Source: Deltaproteobacteria bacterium
Lineage (GTDB): Bacteria; UBA10199; DSSB01; JACPFA01
Direction: 5' to 3'
Assembly: GCA_016183235.1 (NCBI GenBank)
Contig: JACPFA010000025.1
Span: 4,709 to 68,708, forward strand
DNA length: 64,000 nucleotides
The notes under the pieces are model-generated. The model was given only the letters and a program-made list of their open reading frames with translations. It was not told where the DNA came from and searched no databases. Made by a program: the position numbers and the translations under genes. Below are positions 30,091-38,622 of this stretch, in pieces. Each line of letters begins with the position of its first letter. Positions within the stretch are counted from its first letter, which is position 1.

Positions 30091-30374
30091 CCTTTAACAT
30101 TCATTTTACCCGTGAGGCCGCTGGTCAATATCAGCATCTCCCTAAAATCAAGATTAAAAAAGTGAAAAGAGTTTTGGGGTATCTCCAAACCAATCCACGC
30201 CACCCTTCGTTAAACACCCATGTCTACCATGGGTATGAGAATCCATTCGATTCAAGGGGTTCTGTGTTTGAGGCCTACGTTGAAAATGAAACGCCGGGTG
30301 CTCACCGTATGTTTTGGTGTTATGGTCCAAAACGAGGTGACATAACTATCATCGCTATTATCCCTCATCCATAA
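30087..30374 (+). CDS. RelE/ParE-superfamily toxin (tentative)
   Basis: 95 aa. Size, position and the C-terminal ..RMFWCYGPKRGDITIIAIIPHP are typical of RelE/ParE-like toxins. Confidence 0.6.
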   Translation: MTFNIHFTREAAGQYQHLPKIKIKKVKRVLGYLQTNPRHPSLNTHVYHGYENPFDSRGSVFEAYVENETPGAHRMFWCYGPKRGDITIIAIIPHP

Positions 30375-30423
30375 CATCTTTAATATTTTAATATTTTGAT
30401 TGAATAAAATAGAGTAATAGGAA

Positions 30424-30476
30424 TAGCTTCCGCCGGAGGCAGACCAGCCTCCGGCTGGCAGTTGGTACAGAACATT
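30424..30476. repeat. SPE type E half-unit (degenerate terminus)
   Basis: TAGCTTCCGCCGGAGGCAGACCAGCCTCCGGCTGGCAGTTGGTACAGAACATTC. Compare 21716-21768. Ends 3 nt before tRNA-Gly. Confidence 0.75.
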
Positions 30477-30479
30477 CAA

Positions 30480-30552
30480 GCGGGAATAGCTCAGTTGGTA
30501 GAGCATCAGCTTCCCAAGCTGAGGGTCGCGGGTTCGAACCCCGTTTCCCGCT
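30480..30552 (+). tRNA. tRNA-Gly (anticodon CCC)
   Basis: 73 nt: acceptor GCGGGAA/TTCCCGC, anticodon arm TCAGC-TTCCCAA-GCTGA, T loop GGTTCGAACCC. Confidence 0.9.
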
Positions 30553-30594
30553 CATCACCTCTCATAATTGATCCAATACTGTGGTTGAACCAAT

Positions 30595-31596
30595 ATGACT
30601 TCGAACCCCGTTTTTTGTTCCATGAGACCACAGGGCAGTCGCCTTAGTATTTTAAGCCCTTATCTTAAAGCTATTGCCGCGATCGGCATTCTTTATTACC
30701 ACTATTTTCGGGCAAGTTTTGTGGCCGAACATGGGCAATATCCCGTGGCCATTCAGTGGCAGTGGGTGCATTCTTTTTCGGAGTTGCAGATCAATAGCCC
30801 GAGCTGGTTTGAAGGCATCTTGCGCAATTTTGGTTTTTTAGGGGTCACGATATTTTTTGTTTTGAGTGGATGGGGCTTGGGCCATTCTTACTCACAAAAA
30901 GGTTATACCCAAATTCCTTACCGAGAATTTTTAAAAAAGCGCCTGTTGCGCATTGCGCCGCTTTATTATTCGGCCATCTTGGTTTCGGTTTTATTTTATT
31001 TAATAAAATTTGCCGGGGATTGGTCAAAACAACAAGACGTGCTGGTTTCTTTTTTGATGAAAGCGACTTTTTTGCACACCTTTCACCCCAGGATGATGGC
31101 CAATTACAACTCAACCTTGTGGTTTATTGGCACGCTGTTTTTTCTCTACCTCATGTTCCCTTGGCTCTACCAAATGATGAGAAAATGGCCAGGTCTGACT
31201 TTGCTGGCCAGCCTGTTGTTAGCAGGAGGGAGTAGTTTAATCATTCTCAAATCACCGCTTAATACTTGGCATCCTTATCTTGCTATGGGTGGCTTTCCTA
31301 TTACGAAGTTAGGTGAGTTTGCCTTCGGGGTTTTTTTAGCCTTAAGGTTGGCTAAGCAAAGCCCAGCGGTTCAACTGTGGAAAGAACCTAATTTATTGAA
31401 GCCTTTAAAATGGATGGGGACTTACAGTTATGGGGTTTTACTCTTTCATCGCCCTTGGATTGAAGATTCAATGGTGTGGTTGAATGCCACAAAGATCCAT
31501 TCACCTATTCTTCAGGCGACCTTATTTATTGTTGTGGCAGCCTTGCTATTTGGATTTTTAGAAAAAGGCTTTAATGCCCTATGGAATAGGGTTTAA
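30595..31596 (+). CDS. acyltransferase family 3 membrane protein
   Basis: About 10 TM spans. GVTIFFVLSGWGL is typical of acyltransferase_3. The true start may be the downstream Met (MRPQGS..). Confidence 0.75.
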   Translation: MTSNPVFCSMRPQGSRLSILSPYLKAIAAIGILYYHYFRASFVAEHGQYPVAIQWQWVHSFSELQINSPSWFEGILRNFGFLGVTIFFVLSGWGLGHSYSQKGYTQIPYREFLKKRLLRIAPLYYSAILVSVLFYLIKFAGDWSKQQDVLVSFLMKATFLHTFHPRMMANYNSTLWFIGTLFFLYLMFPWLYQMMRKWPGLTLLASLLLAGGSSLIILKSPLNTWHPYLAMGGFPITKLGEFAFGVFLALRLAKQSPAVQLWKEPNLLKPLKWMGTYSYGVLLFHRPWIEDSMVWLNATKIHSPILQATLFIVVAALLFGFLEKGFNALWNRV

Positions 31597-31631
31597 TTTA
31601 CTTATGAAAACGTTTACAATGGGAGTCGTGT

Positions 31632-32114
31632 ATGAAAATGGGAGCATTTATGAAGTTTAAATCGTGTTTATGGGTTCTTTTGTTGATGATGGGGTTGGCC
31701 CATTGTTCGCCAAGTGGGGAAACTAATTTATCTGAAACGAAACTCAATAATCAAAATTACAAAATTGCTAATAGTGATGAGCTGGCTCAAGATTTACAGC
31801 AGATCAGTTCAAAAGTTTTATCCAACAAACAAATTCAAAATTCATCGGTGAGCGTTTTCCCGGTGACTCAAGGGGCTAAGCCCATATCGGTTGCCTTTCA
31901 GGCCGATAAAAAGTTTAAACTCACCTATTCGGATGGATCTTTTTTAGTGGGGCTTTGGGAAATGGAGGGTAATCAATTAAAACTCACTTTTATGGGGATA
32001 TCGGCCCTGTTTGGGCTTGAATTTCCGACCGAAGAAAGCATTCAACTTTGGATCGAAAAAATTTTGGACGTTGAAGTTGAACCCGTTACGCCTACTAATG
32101 GAATAATCCTTTAA
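31632..32114 (+). CDS. lipoprotein, function unknown
   Basis: Lipobox MGLAHC. Alternative start at 31650 (MKFKSCLWVLLL..). Confidence 0.6.
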   Translation: MKMGAFMKFKSCLWVLLLMMGLAHCSPSGETNLSETKLNNQNYKIANSDELAQDLQQISSKVLSNKQIQNSSVSVFPVTQGAKPISVAFQADKKFKLTYSDGSFLVGLWEMEGNQLKLTFMGISALFGLEFPTEESIQLWIEKILDVEVEPVTPTNGIIL

Positions 32115-32116
32115 AT

Positions 32117-32241
32117 GGGGACCTCTAAAAAGGGCCCAGATGCAAGGCGCCCGCAAAGACGCGACCGGAGCGTATATGGAAATACGTGAGGATCGTGGCT
32201 TTGCGGGCAACGCGGCAGATGGGTCGTTTTTAGAGGTCCCC
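32117..32241. repeat. 125-bp long imperfect palindrome filling a convergent gene gap
   Basis: GGGGACCTCTAAAAAGGGCCCAGATGC..CGCCCGCAAAG pairs with CTTTGCGGGCAACGCGGCAGATGGGTCGTTTTTAGAGGTCCCC. Abuts both stop codons. Confidence 0.8.
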
Positions 32242-32558
32242 TAATCAAAAATGTTGAGCTGTAGCTTGGCGGCCTCACTCATCCTGTCCTTACTCCAGGG
32301 TGGGTCCCACACCGTTTCAACCCGGCAAGCGGTCACTTCAGGAATCGTTTTTACTTTACTTTCTACTTCAGGGGGCAGGCTTTCAGCCACCGGGCACATG
32401 GGTGAGGTGAGGGTCATTTGAATTTCAACGGCGCCATTTTCTTGTACCTCGAGGTTGTAAATGAGCCCTAGCTCGTAGATGTCGACGGGGATTTCAGGGT
32501 CATAACAAGTTTTTAATACAGTGATTATTTTATTTTTGAGAGCAGTATTGTTGTCCAT
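32241..32558 (-). CDS. sufT: Fe-S assembly protein, DUF59/SufT-like
   Basis: Start set at the internal Met (MDNNTALKNKIITVLKTCYDPEIPVDIYELG..TSPMCP). The 44 upstream codons of the ORF are read through a type B repeat. Confidence 0.8.
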   Translation of the reverse strand: MDNNTALKNKIITVLKTCYDPEIPVDIYELGLIYNLEVQENGAVEIQMTLTSPMCPVAESLPPEVESKVKTIPEVTACRVETVWDPPWSKDRMSEAAKLQLNIFD

Positions 32559-32567
32559 ATCTTCTTC

Positions 32568-32651
32568 GTCATGCCGGACCTCGATCCGGCATCCACAATT
32601 ATAGATCCCGGATCCCCGGATCAAGTCCGGGGCAGGCTTGTCCGGGATGAC
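32568..32651. repeat. SPE type B doublet (heads outward)
   Basis: CGTCATGCCGGACCTCGATCCGGCATCC acaattata GATCCCGGATCCCCGGATCAAGTCCGGGGCAGGCTTGTCCGGGATGACG in the sufU-sufT gap. Confidence 0.85.
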
Positions 32652-32664
32652 GATACCTCCATTT

Positions 32665-33123
32665 TTATTCACCTGTTTCTGTTGATACAATTGCGTCCGA
32701 TCCTTCTAATGCCGATTTCATCGTGTGCCAGGCCAGGCTCGCGCATTTGACCCGAGCGGGGTATTCAGCCACTCCGGAAAATACGGCAAGCTTGCCCATC
32801 TTCGATGGATCCGCTAATTCAGTATGGCCCGTTACCATTTTGTGAAAGACCTCAAATAATTGCAAGGCCTCATGCTTGGTTTTGCCCTGCAAGGCATCCG
32901 TCATCATAGAGGCGCTCGCTTTTGAAATGGCACACCCTGAACCTAAAAAACTGATCGCATTAATTTTATCTTGGTTGAGTTTCAAATAAACGGTGAGTTG
33001 GTCACCACACAAAGGGTTGTTTCCCCGTGCCGTACGATTAGCATCGGCTAATTCATGAAAATGATGTGGGCTTCGATTGTGATCTAAGATCATTTCTTGA
33101 TAGAGTTCACGTAAATCCGACAT
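32665..33123 (-). CDS. sufU: SufU/NifU-like Fe-S scaffold or sulfur acceptor
   Basis: 152 aa with NPLCGD, GSGCAISKASASMM and C-terminal Cys (VKCASL) motifs. Confidence 0.9.
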   Translation of the reverse strand: MSDLRELYQEMILDHNRSPHHFHELADANRTARGNNPLCGDQLTVYLKLNQDKINAISFLGSGCAISKASASMMTDALQGKTKHEALQLFEVFHKMVTGHTELADPSKMGKLAVFSGVAEYPARVKCASLAWHTMKSALEGSDAIVSTETGE

Positions 33124-33153
33124 AGTTTAGTTCTCATTCCAGTCTATAAAATG

Positions 33154-33286
33154 TGTCATCCCGAGCTAAGCCTGCCCCGGACTCGATCCGGGGAGGGATC
33201 TTCCATTTCATTCAGATAAACAATCCAAAATAGAAGATTCGGAGTTTACCCTGAGCATTAGCGAAGGGGCACGCCTCAGAATGACA
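33154..33286. repeat. chimeric SPE doublet (type B half + type C half)
   Basis: TGTCATCCCGAGCTAAGCCTGCCCCGGACTCGATCCGGGGAGGGATCTTCC ..loop.. AAGATTCGGAGTTTACCCTGAGCATTAGCGAAGGGGCACGCCTCAGAATGACA. Confidence 0.85.
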
Positions 33287-33289
33287 TTT

Positions 33290-34510
33290 TTATTCAAACA
33301 ATTTCTTTACTCTGTATATTCCCTTCACGAGTTGGTCTACCTCTTCTCTCGTATTATAAAAAGCAAACGAAGCCCGTGCCGTCGCGGGTAGCCCCAGGCG
33401 CAACATGAGGGGCATGGTACAATGGTGGCCGGTGCGAATGGCAATGCCCGATTGGTCGAGAATGGTGCCAATATCGTGGGGGTGGATGTCTTTTAAAATG
33501 AACGAAATCACCCCGACTTTTTCTTTTGCTTGCCCAATGATTTTAAGACCTGGCACCTCTTGTAAAGCATGGGTGGCATAAGCTAAAAGTTCTTTTTCGT
33601 AAATCTGAACGGCATTCCAATCTAATGAGTTGAGATAATCAAGGGCAGCGCCAAGCCCGATGGTGCCTGCAATATTGGGAGTGCCGGCTTCAAACTTATA
33701 GGGCAAGGTATTGTAAGTAGTTTTTTCAAACGTAACTTCGCGAATCATATCGCCACCGCCTTGATAAGGGGGCATCGTTTCCAAAAATGATTTTTTCCCA
33801 TACAAAACCCCAATGCCGGTGGGGCCAAAGAGTTTATGCCCTGAAAAGGCAAAAAAATCACAATCCAAGGTTTGCACATTAATTTTCAAATGAGGGATCG
33901 ATTGTGCACCATCAATGAGTACGGGCACGCCGTGGGCATGGGCCGTTTTAATTATTTCATGAACGGGATTTACGGTGCCAAGGGCATTGGAGACATGGCC
34001 AATAGTCAAGAGGCGAGTTTTTGAGTTGATGAGCTTAGGCAATTGCTCAAGCGCCAATTCGCCATCATCTGTGATAGGAAGAACCCGCAAATGGGCGCCC
34101 AAGCTTTGAGCTAAAATTTGCCAAGGCACAATGTTGGAGTGATGTTCTAATGTAGAAAGGATGATCTCATCGCCAGATTTGATATTTTTTCGCCCGAAGG
34201 TTTGAGCCACTAAATTGATGGCCTCGGTGGTGCCACGCACAAAGATAATTTCTTGCGCCTCTTGCGCGCCAATGAATTGTTGCACTTTTTTGCGAGCTTG
34301 TTCATATTTTTCAGTAGCGCGTTCGCTTAAATAATGAACGCCGCGGTGAATGTTGGCATTATCTTCGGCATAATATTGTTGCAGGGTATCAATAACAATC
34401 TTGGGTTTTTGGGTGGTGGCGGCGTTATCAAGATACACGAGCCGATTGCCTTTGAATTGTTGTTGTAAAATAGGGAAATCTTGGCGAAGGATTTTTGGCT
34501 CAAGTCTCAT
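33290..34510 (-). CDS. sufS: cysteine desulfurase
   Basis: Start set at MRLEPKILRQDFPIL (ATGA overlap with the sufD stop). PLP Lys in SGHKLFGPTGIGVLY, active-site RTGHHCTMPL. Confidence 0.95.
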   Translation of the reverse strand: MRLEPKILRQDFPILQQQFKGNRLVYLDNAATTQKPKIVIDTLQQYYAEDNANIHRGVHYLSERATEKYEQARKKVQQFIGAQEAQEIIFVRGTTEAINLVAQTFGRKNIKSGDEIILSTLEHHSNIVPWQILAQSLGAHLRVLPITDDGELALEQLPKLINSKTRLLTIGHVSNALGTVNPVHEIIKTAHAHGVPVLIDGAQSIPHLKINVQTLDCDFFAFSGHKLFGPTGIGVLYGKKSFLETMPPYQGGGDMIREVTFEKTTYNTLPYKFEAGTPNIAGTIGLGAALDYLNSLDWNAVQIYEKELLAYATHALQEVPGLKIIGQAKEKVGVISFILKDIHPHDIGTILDQSGIAIRTGHHCTMPLMLRLGLPATARASFAFYNTREEVDQLVKGIYRVKKLFE

Positions 34511-35598
34511 GCGGCCTCCGCACAAAGGCTCCACTTCGTTAAATGTTCGCTAATGATGGTTTGAATATGATGGCGAACACTGTTCAAGGGGATGGTGGCT
34601 AATAAATCACTCGCAAAGGCGTGGATTAACATCTGCTGGGCCAATTTGCGGTGAATGCCACGCGAAGTTAGATAGAATAATTGGGATTCATCCAGCCGCC
34701 CAATGGTGGCGCCATGATTGCACTTTACATCGTTGGCAAAGATTTCTAAAATGGGTTCGGTATTAATGAGGGCCTCTTCGGATAAAAGTAAATTTTTGTT
34801 AGTTTGACGGGCGCTGGTTTTTTGCGCATGGGGCCTAACGACAATCCGCCCTTTGAAAGTGCCTTGGGCCTGCCCTCCCAAAATCCCTTTATATAATTCC
34901 TCGCTGGTGCAGTGAGGTTGAGCGTGATCGATGGTGGTGTGAAAATCCATCCGTTGTTTTTGTTCACCTAAAAAGAGGCCGTTAAGCATGCAACTAGCCC
35001 CGGGGGCGGCCAGCGTTGTTTGAAGGTTATTGCAGACCAAGCCACTACCCAAAGCAAAGGCATGCGACCTATATTGGCTGTCTTGGTTTTGTTGAATGCT
35101 TACATCGTTGCTATGCTTGGCTAGCCCGCCTTCTTGCTGGATTTGATAGTGGTCGAGGTTGGCCCCCTCTGCTAAAACAATTTTTGTGACCGCATGAGTG
35201 GAATAAGCGCCCGGGGTAAGGCTTGAATAATTTTCAATAATAGAGCTTTGTGCATAAGGGCTCATAAAAATAAGATTTTGAGAATGAACATCGATAGGTT
35301 GTGAATTGGGAATAGAAACAAAATCTAAAAAGATAGGTTTTTCAATTTGAGTATCTTCGGGAATTAAAACAAAAACCCCATCGCTAGGCTGAGGTGGCAG
35401 ATTGGGTAGTAACTCAGGGTGTTGTTTCAGCACTGAGCTTATGTGGCTTAAGATGGCCCCTTTGGGTAGGCTTAATGGGGAATGGCCAGCAAAGTGGCCA
35501 TTAATAAACACAACATGAAAACCTTCTTGCGAATGCAGCAGGTTTTTTAAAACCGCATATTGCTCAACCAAATTTTGTATCCAAGTTTGATCTGACAT
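34507..35598 (-). CDS. sufD: Fe-S cluster assembly protein SufD
   Basis: 363 aa. C-terminal SufBD-fold motifs (NDVKCNHGATIGRLDESQLFYLTSRG). Position between sufC and sufS. Confidence 0.9.
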   Translation of the reverse strand: MSDQTWIQNLVEQYAVLKNLLHSQEGFHVVFINGHFAGHSPLSLPKGAILSHISSVLKQHPELLPNLPPQPSDGVFVLIPEDTQIEKPIFLDFVSIPNSQPIDVHSQNLIFMSPYAQSSIIENYSSLTPGAYSTHAVTKIVLAEGANLDHYQIQQEGGLAKHSNDVSIQQNQDSQYRSHAFALGSGLVCNNLQTTLAAPGASCMLNGLFLGEQKQRMDFHTTIDHAQPHCTSEELYKGILGGQAQGTFKGRIVVRPHAQKTSARQTNKNLLLSEEALINTEPILEIFANDVKCNHGATIGRLDESQLFYLTSRGIHRKLAQQMLIHAFASDLLATIPLNSVRHHIQTIISEHLTKWSLCAEAA

Positions 35599-35608
35599 AT
35601 TTTAAACC

Positions 35609-36358
35609 TTAGACGGTTGTTTCTTTGACCCAGCCATAACCTTGCTCTTCAAGTCGTAGCGCCAGTTCTTTGCCCCCCGATTTGACGATGCGGCCTTCTG
35701 ATAACACGTGCACATAATCGGGTTCGATGTAGTTGAGTAAGCGTTGATAATGGGTGACGAGCAGTATAGCTCGTTCCGAGGTTCGCAAGGTATTGACCCC
35801 GCGGGCCACAATTTTTAGCGAATCGATATCTAAGCCAGAATCGGTTTCATCCAGCAGTGCAAGTTTTGGTTCTAAGATGGCCATTTGTAAAATTTCGTTG
35901 CGTTTTTTTTCGCCGCCCGAAAAACCCTCGTTGACACTGCGATTTAAAAAACTAGGATCCATGTGCAAGAGGCTCATTTTTTCTTTAACTAGCGTGAGAA
36001 AATCCATGGCATCAACTTCGGGGAGGCCTAAAAATTTTCGTTTGGCATTCAGGGCAGTGCGTAAAAAATAAGCGTTGGCAACGCCAGGGATTTCGATGGG
36101 ATATTGAAAAGCCAGAAAAATGCCACGTTGAGCTCGGGCTTCAGGGGCTAGAGGGGTCAGGTCTTTGCCTTCGAATAAAATTTGCCCTTGAGTGATTTGG
36201 TAGAGATCGCGGCCCGCTATAATTTGGGTTAAGGTGCTCTTGCCAGAACCATTAGGGCCCATGATGGCATGCACTTCGCCTGCATTAATTTCGAGGTTAA
36301 TGCCCTTTAAAATGGCGCGGTCTTCAATTTGTACGTGCAGGTTTTTTAACTGTAGCAT
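35609..36358 (-). CDS. sufC: Fe-S cluster assembly ATPase SufC
   Basis: 249 aa with Walker [10 protein letters not shown], signature FSGGEKKR, Walker [13 protein letters not shown]. Confidence 0.95.
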   Translation of the reverse strand: MLQLKNLHVQIEDRAILKGINLEINAGEVHAIMGPNGSGKSTLTQIIAGRDLYQITQGQILFEGKDLTPLAPEARAQRGIFLAFQYPIEIPGVANAYFLRTALNAKRKFLGLPEVDAMDFLTLVKEKMSLLHMDPSFLNRSVNEGFSGGEKKRNEILQMAILEPKLALLDETDSGLDIDSLKIVARGVNTLRTSERAILLVTHYQRLLNYIEPDYVHVLSEGRIVKSGGKELALRLEEQGYGWVKETTV

Positions 36359-36372
36359 AAGTTATCCCTCTA

Positions 36373-36400
36373 ATGGATCCCCGCTTTCGCGAGGATGACA
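36373..36400. repeat. degenerate SPE type B half-unit
   Basis: ATGGATCCCCGCTTTCGCGAGGATGACA in the sufB-sufC gap. Confidence 0.55.
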
Positions 36401-36408
36401 CTTTGACT

Positions 36409-37851
36409 TTATCCAACACTCCCTTCCAAACTAACCCCTAAAAGTTTTTGTGCCTCGACGGCAAATTCCATGGGTAATTCTTTAAACACTTGTTTGCAAA
36501 ATCCATTAACGATCATATTAACGGCATCTTCTTCGGAGAGGCCGCGTTGTTTGCAGTAAAAGAGTTGATCTTCACCAATTTTAGAGGTGGAGGCTTCGTG
36601 CTCCATTTGGGCGGTGCTATTTTTAATTTCAATCGAAGGGAAGGTGTGGGCCCCGCATAGGTCACCCATCAATAAAGAATCACATTGTGAATAATTTCTA
36701 GCCCCATGGGCATTTTTCATGATCTTAACCAAACCACGGTAAGTATTTTGCCCATGGCCGGCAGATATACCTTTGGAAACGATAGTGGAGCGGGTATTTT
36801 TGCCAATATGAATCATTTTGGTGCCGGTATCGGCTTGTTGGTAATTGTTGGTGACGGCCACCGAATAAAATTCGCCAATAGAATTGTCGCCTAACAAAAC
36901 GCAACCGGGATATTTCCAAGTGATAGCAGAACCGGTTTCAACTTGAGTCCAAGAAATTTTTGAATTTACCCCCGCACATTTTCCACGCTTGGTGACAAAG
37001 TTGTAGATGCCGCCCTTTCCCTGTTTATCGCCTGGGTACCAATTTTGCACGGTTGAATATTTTATTTGAGCATTATCGAGGGCGACCAATTCTACCACTG
37101 CGGCATGCAATTGGTTTTCATCGCGTTTGGGCGCCGTGCAGCCCTCTAAATAACTGACATAGCTGTCTGCATCGGCGATGATGAGCGTGCGTTCAAATTG
37201 GCCGGTTTGGGCAGCGTTGATACGAAAATAAGTCGAGAGTTCCATGGGGCAACGCACCCCTTTGGGGATGTAACAAAAAGAACCATCGGTAAAAACCGCT
37301 GAGTTAAGGGTAGCAAAAAAGTTATCGGTGTAAGGCACCACGGTGCCTAAATATTTTTTGACGAGTTCTGGGTGGTCTTGCACGGCCTCGGAAAACGAGC
37401 AGAAAACAATCCCCATCTTTCCTAATTTTTCTTTAAAGCTTGTGCCCACTGATACGCTATCGAACACCGCATCAACCGCAACACCCGTAAGCACCTCTTG
37501 TTCAGCCAGAGAAATCCCTAGCTTATTAAAAGTTTCACGGAGCTGCGGGTCGACTTCGTTTAAGCTTTTAGGTTTGGTTTTTTGCGTAGGGGCGGCATAA
37601 TAATAGATGTCTTGATAATCGATCGGAGGATATTTTACATTTTGCCATGTGGGTTCTTTCATGGTCAGCCAGTGGCGATAGGCTTTCAATCGCCATTCCA
37701 ACATGAAAGCCGGTTCGTTTTTCTTGGCCGAAATTAAGCGAATAATATCTTCATTTAGACCTTTTGGTGCACGGTCCATTTCAAGTTCGGTGATGAAACC
37801 ATATTTATAATCTTGGGACGTTAATTCTTTTAATTTAGTTGCCGAAGTCAT
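36409..37851 (-). CDS. sufB: Fe-S cluster assembly protein SufB
   Basis: 480 aa with highly conserved SufB blocks ([36 protein letters not shown]). Confidence 0.95.
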   Translation of the reverse strand: MTSATKLKELTSQDYKYGFITELEMDRAPKGLNEDIIRLISAKKNEPAFMLEWRLKAYRHWLTMKEPTWQNVKYPPIDYQDIYYYAAPTQKTKPKSLNEVDPQLRETFNKLGISLAEQEVLTGVAVDAVFDSVSVGTSFKEKLGKMGIVFCSFSEAVQDHPELVKKYLGTVVPYTDNFFATLNSAVFTDGSFCYIPKGVRCPMELSTYFRINAAQTGQFERTLIIADADSYVSYLEGCTAPKRDENQLHAAVVELVALDNAQIKYSTVQNWYPGDKQGKGGIYNFVTKRGKCAGVNSKISWTQVETGSAITWKYPGCVLLGDNSIGEFYSVAVTNNYQQADTGTKMIHIGKNTRSTIVSKGISAGHGQNTYRGLVKIMKNAHGARNYSQCDSLLMGDLCGAHTFPSIEIKNSTAQMEHEASTSKIGEDQLFYCKQRGLSEEDAVNMIVNGFCKQVFKELPMEFAVEAQKLLGVSLEGSVG

Positions 37852-38255
37852 TTGGTTAAATCCTCCACCGTCATTTGAGAAAGCATGGTTTGAATCTTGT
37901 GATTCAGTTTATACAGCGGGCTTTTGATGGTGCAGCCGTCCCATTGCCGACAAGTGATTTTTTCTTCACGAAAACATTCAGCCACTCCCAAGTGTCCTTC
38001 AAAGACCCCCAGCATATCGGCTAGCGTAATGTCTTGGGGGCGTTTGGCCAGGATATAGCCGCCTTTTGTCCCATGGACTGCTTTGATGACACCGAGCCCC
38101 GCCAATTGCTGCAACACCTTAGCCAAGAGATAATAAGGGACCTCGTAAGCCTCGGCGATTTCTCGGGCGCTGGTGATGTTTGAATCAGCCGATTTTTTGG
38201 CCATGTGCAAAATGGCAATCAGGGCATATTCCGTTTTTTTGTTGAAATAGAGCAT
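37848..38255 (-). CDS. Rrf2 family transcriptional regulator (IscR/SufR-like role by position)
   Basis: 135 aa with Rrf2 wHTH ([38 protein letters not shown]). 4-nt overlap with sufB. Confidence 0.85.
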   Translation of the reverse strand: MLYFNKKTEYALIAILHMAKKSADSNITSAREIAEAYEVPYYLLAKVLQQLAGLGVIKAVHGTKGGYILAKRPQDITLADMLGVFEGHLGVAECFREEKITCRQWDGCTIKSPLYKLNHKIQTMLSQMTVEDLTK

Positions 38256-38353
38256 AGTTATCTGACAAACACGGTCTTATTAATAAAAGGCCACTGTAGG
38301 CCCGGCGCTAACTAATTCAAATCAAATGGTTTTTCAAGACTCTTTTTACAATC

Positions 38354-38380
38354 TATATAAGACTATATTAGTCTTATATA
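38354..38380. promoter_or_regulatory. 27-bp perfect palindrome upstream of the Rrf2-suf operon (candidate operator)
   Basis: TATATAAGACTA-tat-TAGTCTTATATA, about 100 nt upstream of the regulator start codon. Confidence 0.4.
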
Positions 38381-38437
38381 AGTTAGCATTGAGAGGTGAG
38401 TGAGTCAACGGTAGTTCCGTAGCCGAAGAATTCGGCC

Positions 38438-38622
38438 TAAGGGTCTGACCGGAAATAAATGTTCATTTTGGCATCTCATCTTGGGGCCATCTTTGACCGA
38501 TCTTCAATCGCAAAATCCTCAAAATAGCCCTGCTATTCCTCCGGTTTTGCTCATTCAGATCGGTCAAATCTGACCCCAATCTGAGCGCCAAAAAAGAACA
38601 TTTATTTCCGGTCAGACCCTAA
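38438..38622. repeat. 185-bp long hairpin element
   Basis: Left arm TAAGGGTCTGACCGGAAATAAATGTTCATTTTGGC..TTTGACCGATCTTCAATCGCAAAATCC is about 85% complementary to the right arm ending ..GAACATTTATTTCCGGTCAGACCCTAA. The right arm encodes the last codons and stop of the rhomboid gene. Confidence 0.85.

Noticed and set aside
32559-32690. 44-codon N-terminal extension of sufT (MYQQKQVNKNGGIVIPDKPAPDLIRGSGIYNCGCRIEVRHDEED)
   Set aside because: It is encoded entirely by the type B doublet in the sufU-sufT gap and overlaps the sufU 3' end. The conserved DUF59 sequence begins at the internal Met.
35602-35811. Short same-strand out-of-frame and antisense ORFs within housekeeping genes (e.g. 35602..35811, 525..773, 3138..3335, 5225..5491, 22162..22410, 59576..59832)
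   Set aside because: Each is nested in a longer ORF with unambiguous conserved motifs. None has independent support.
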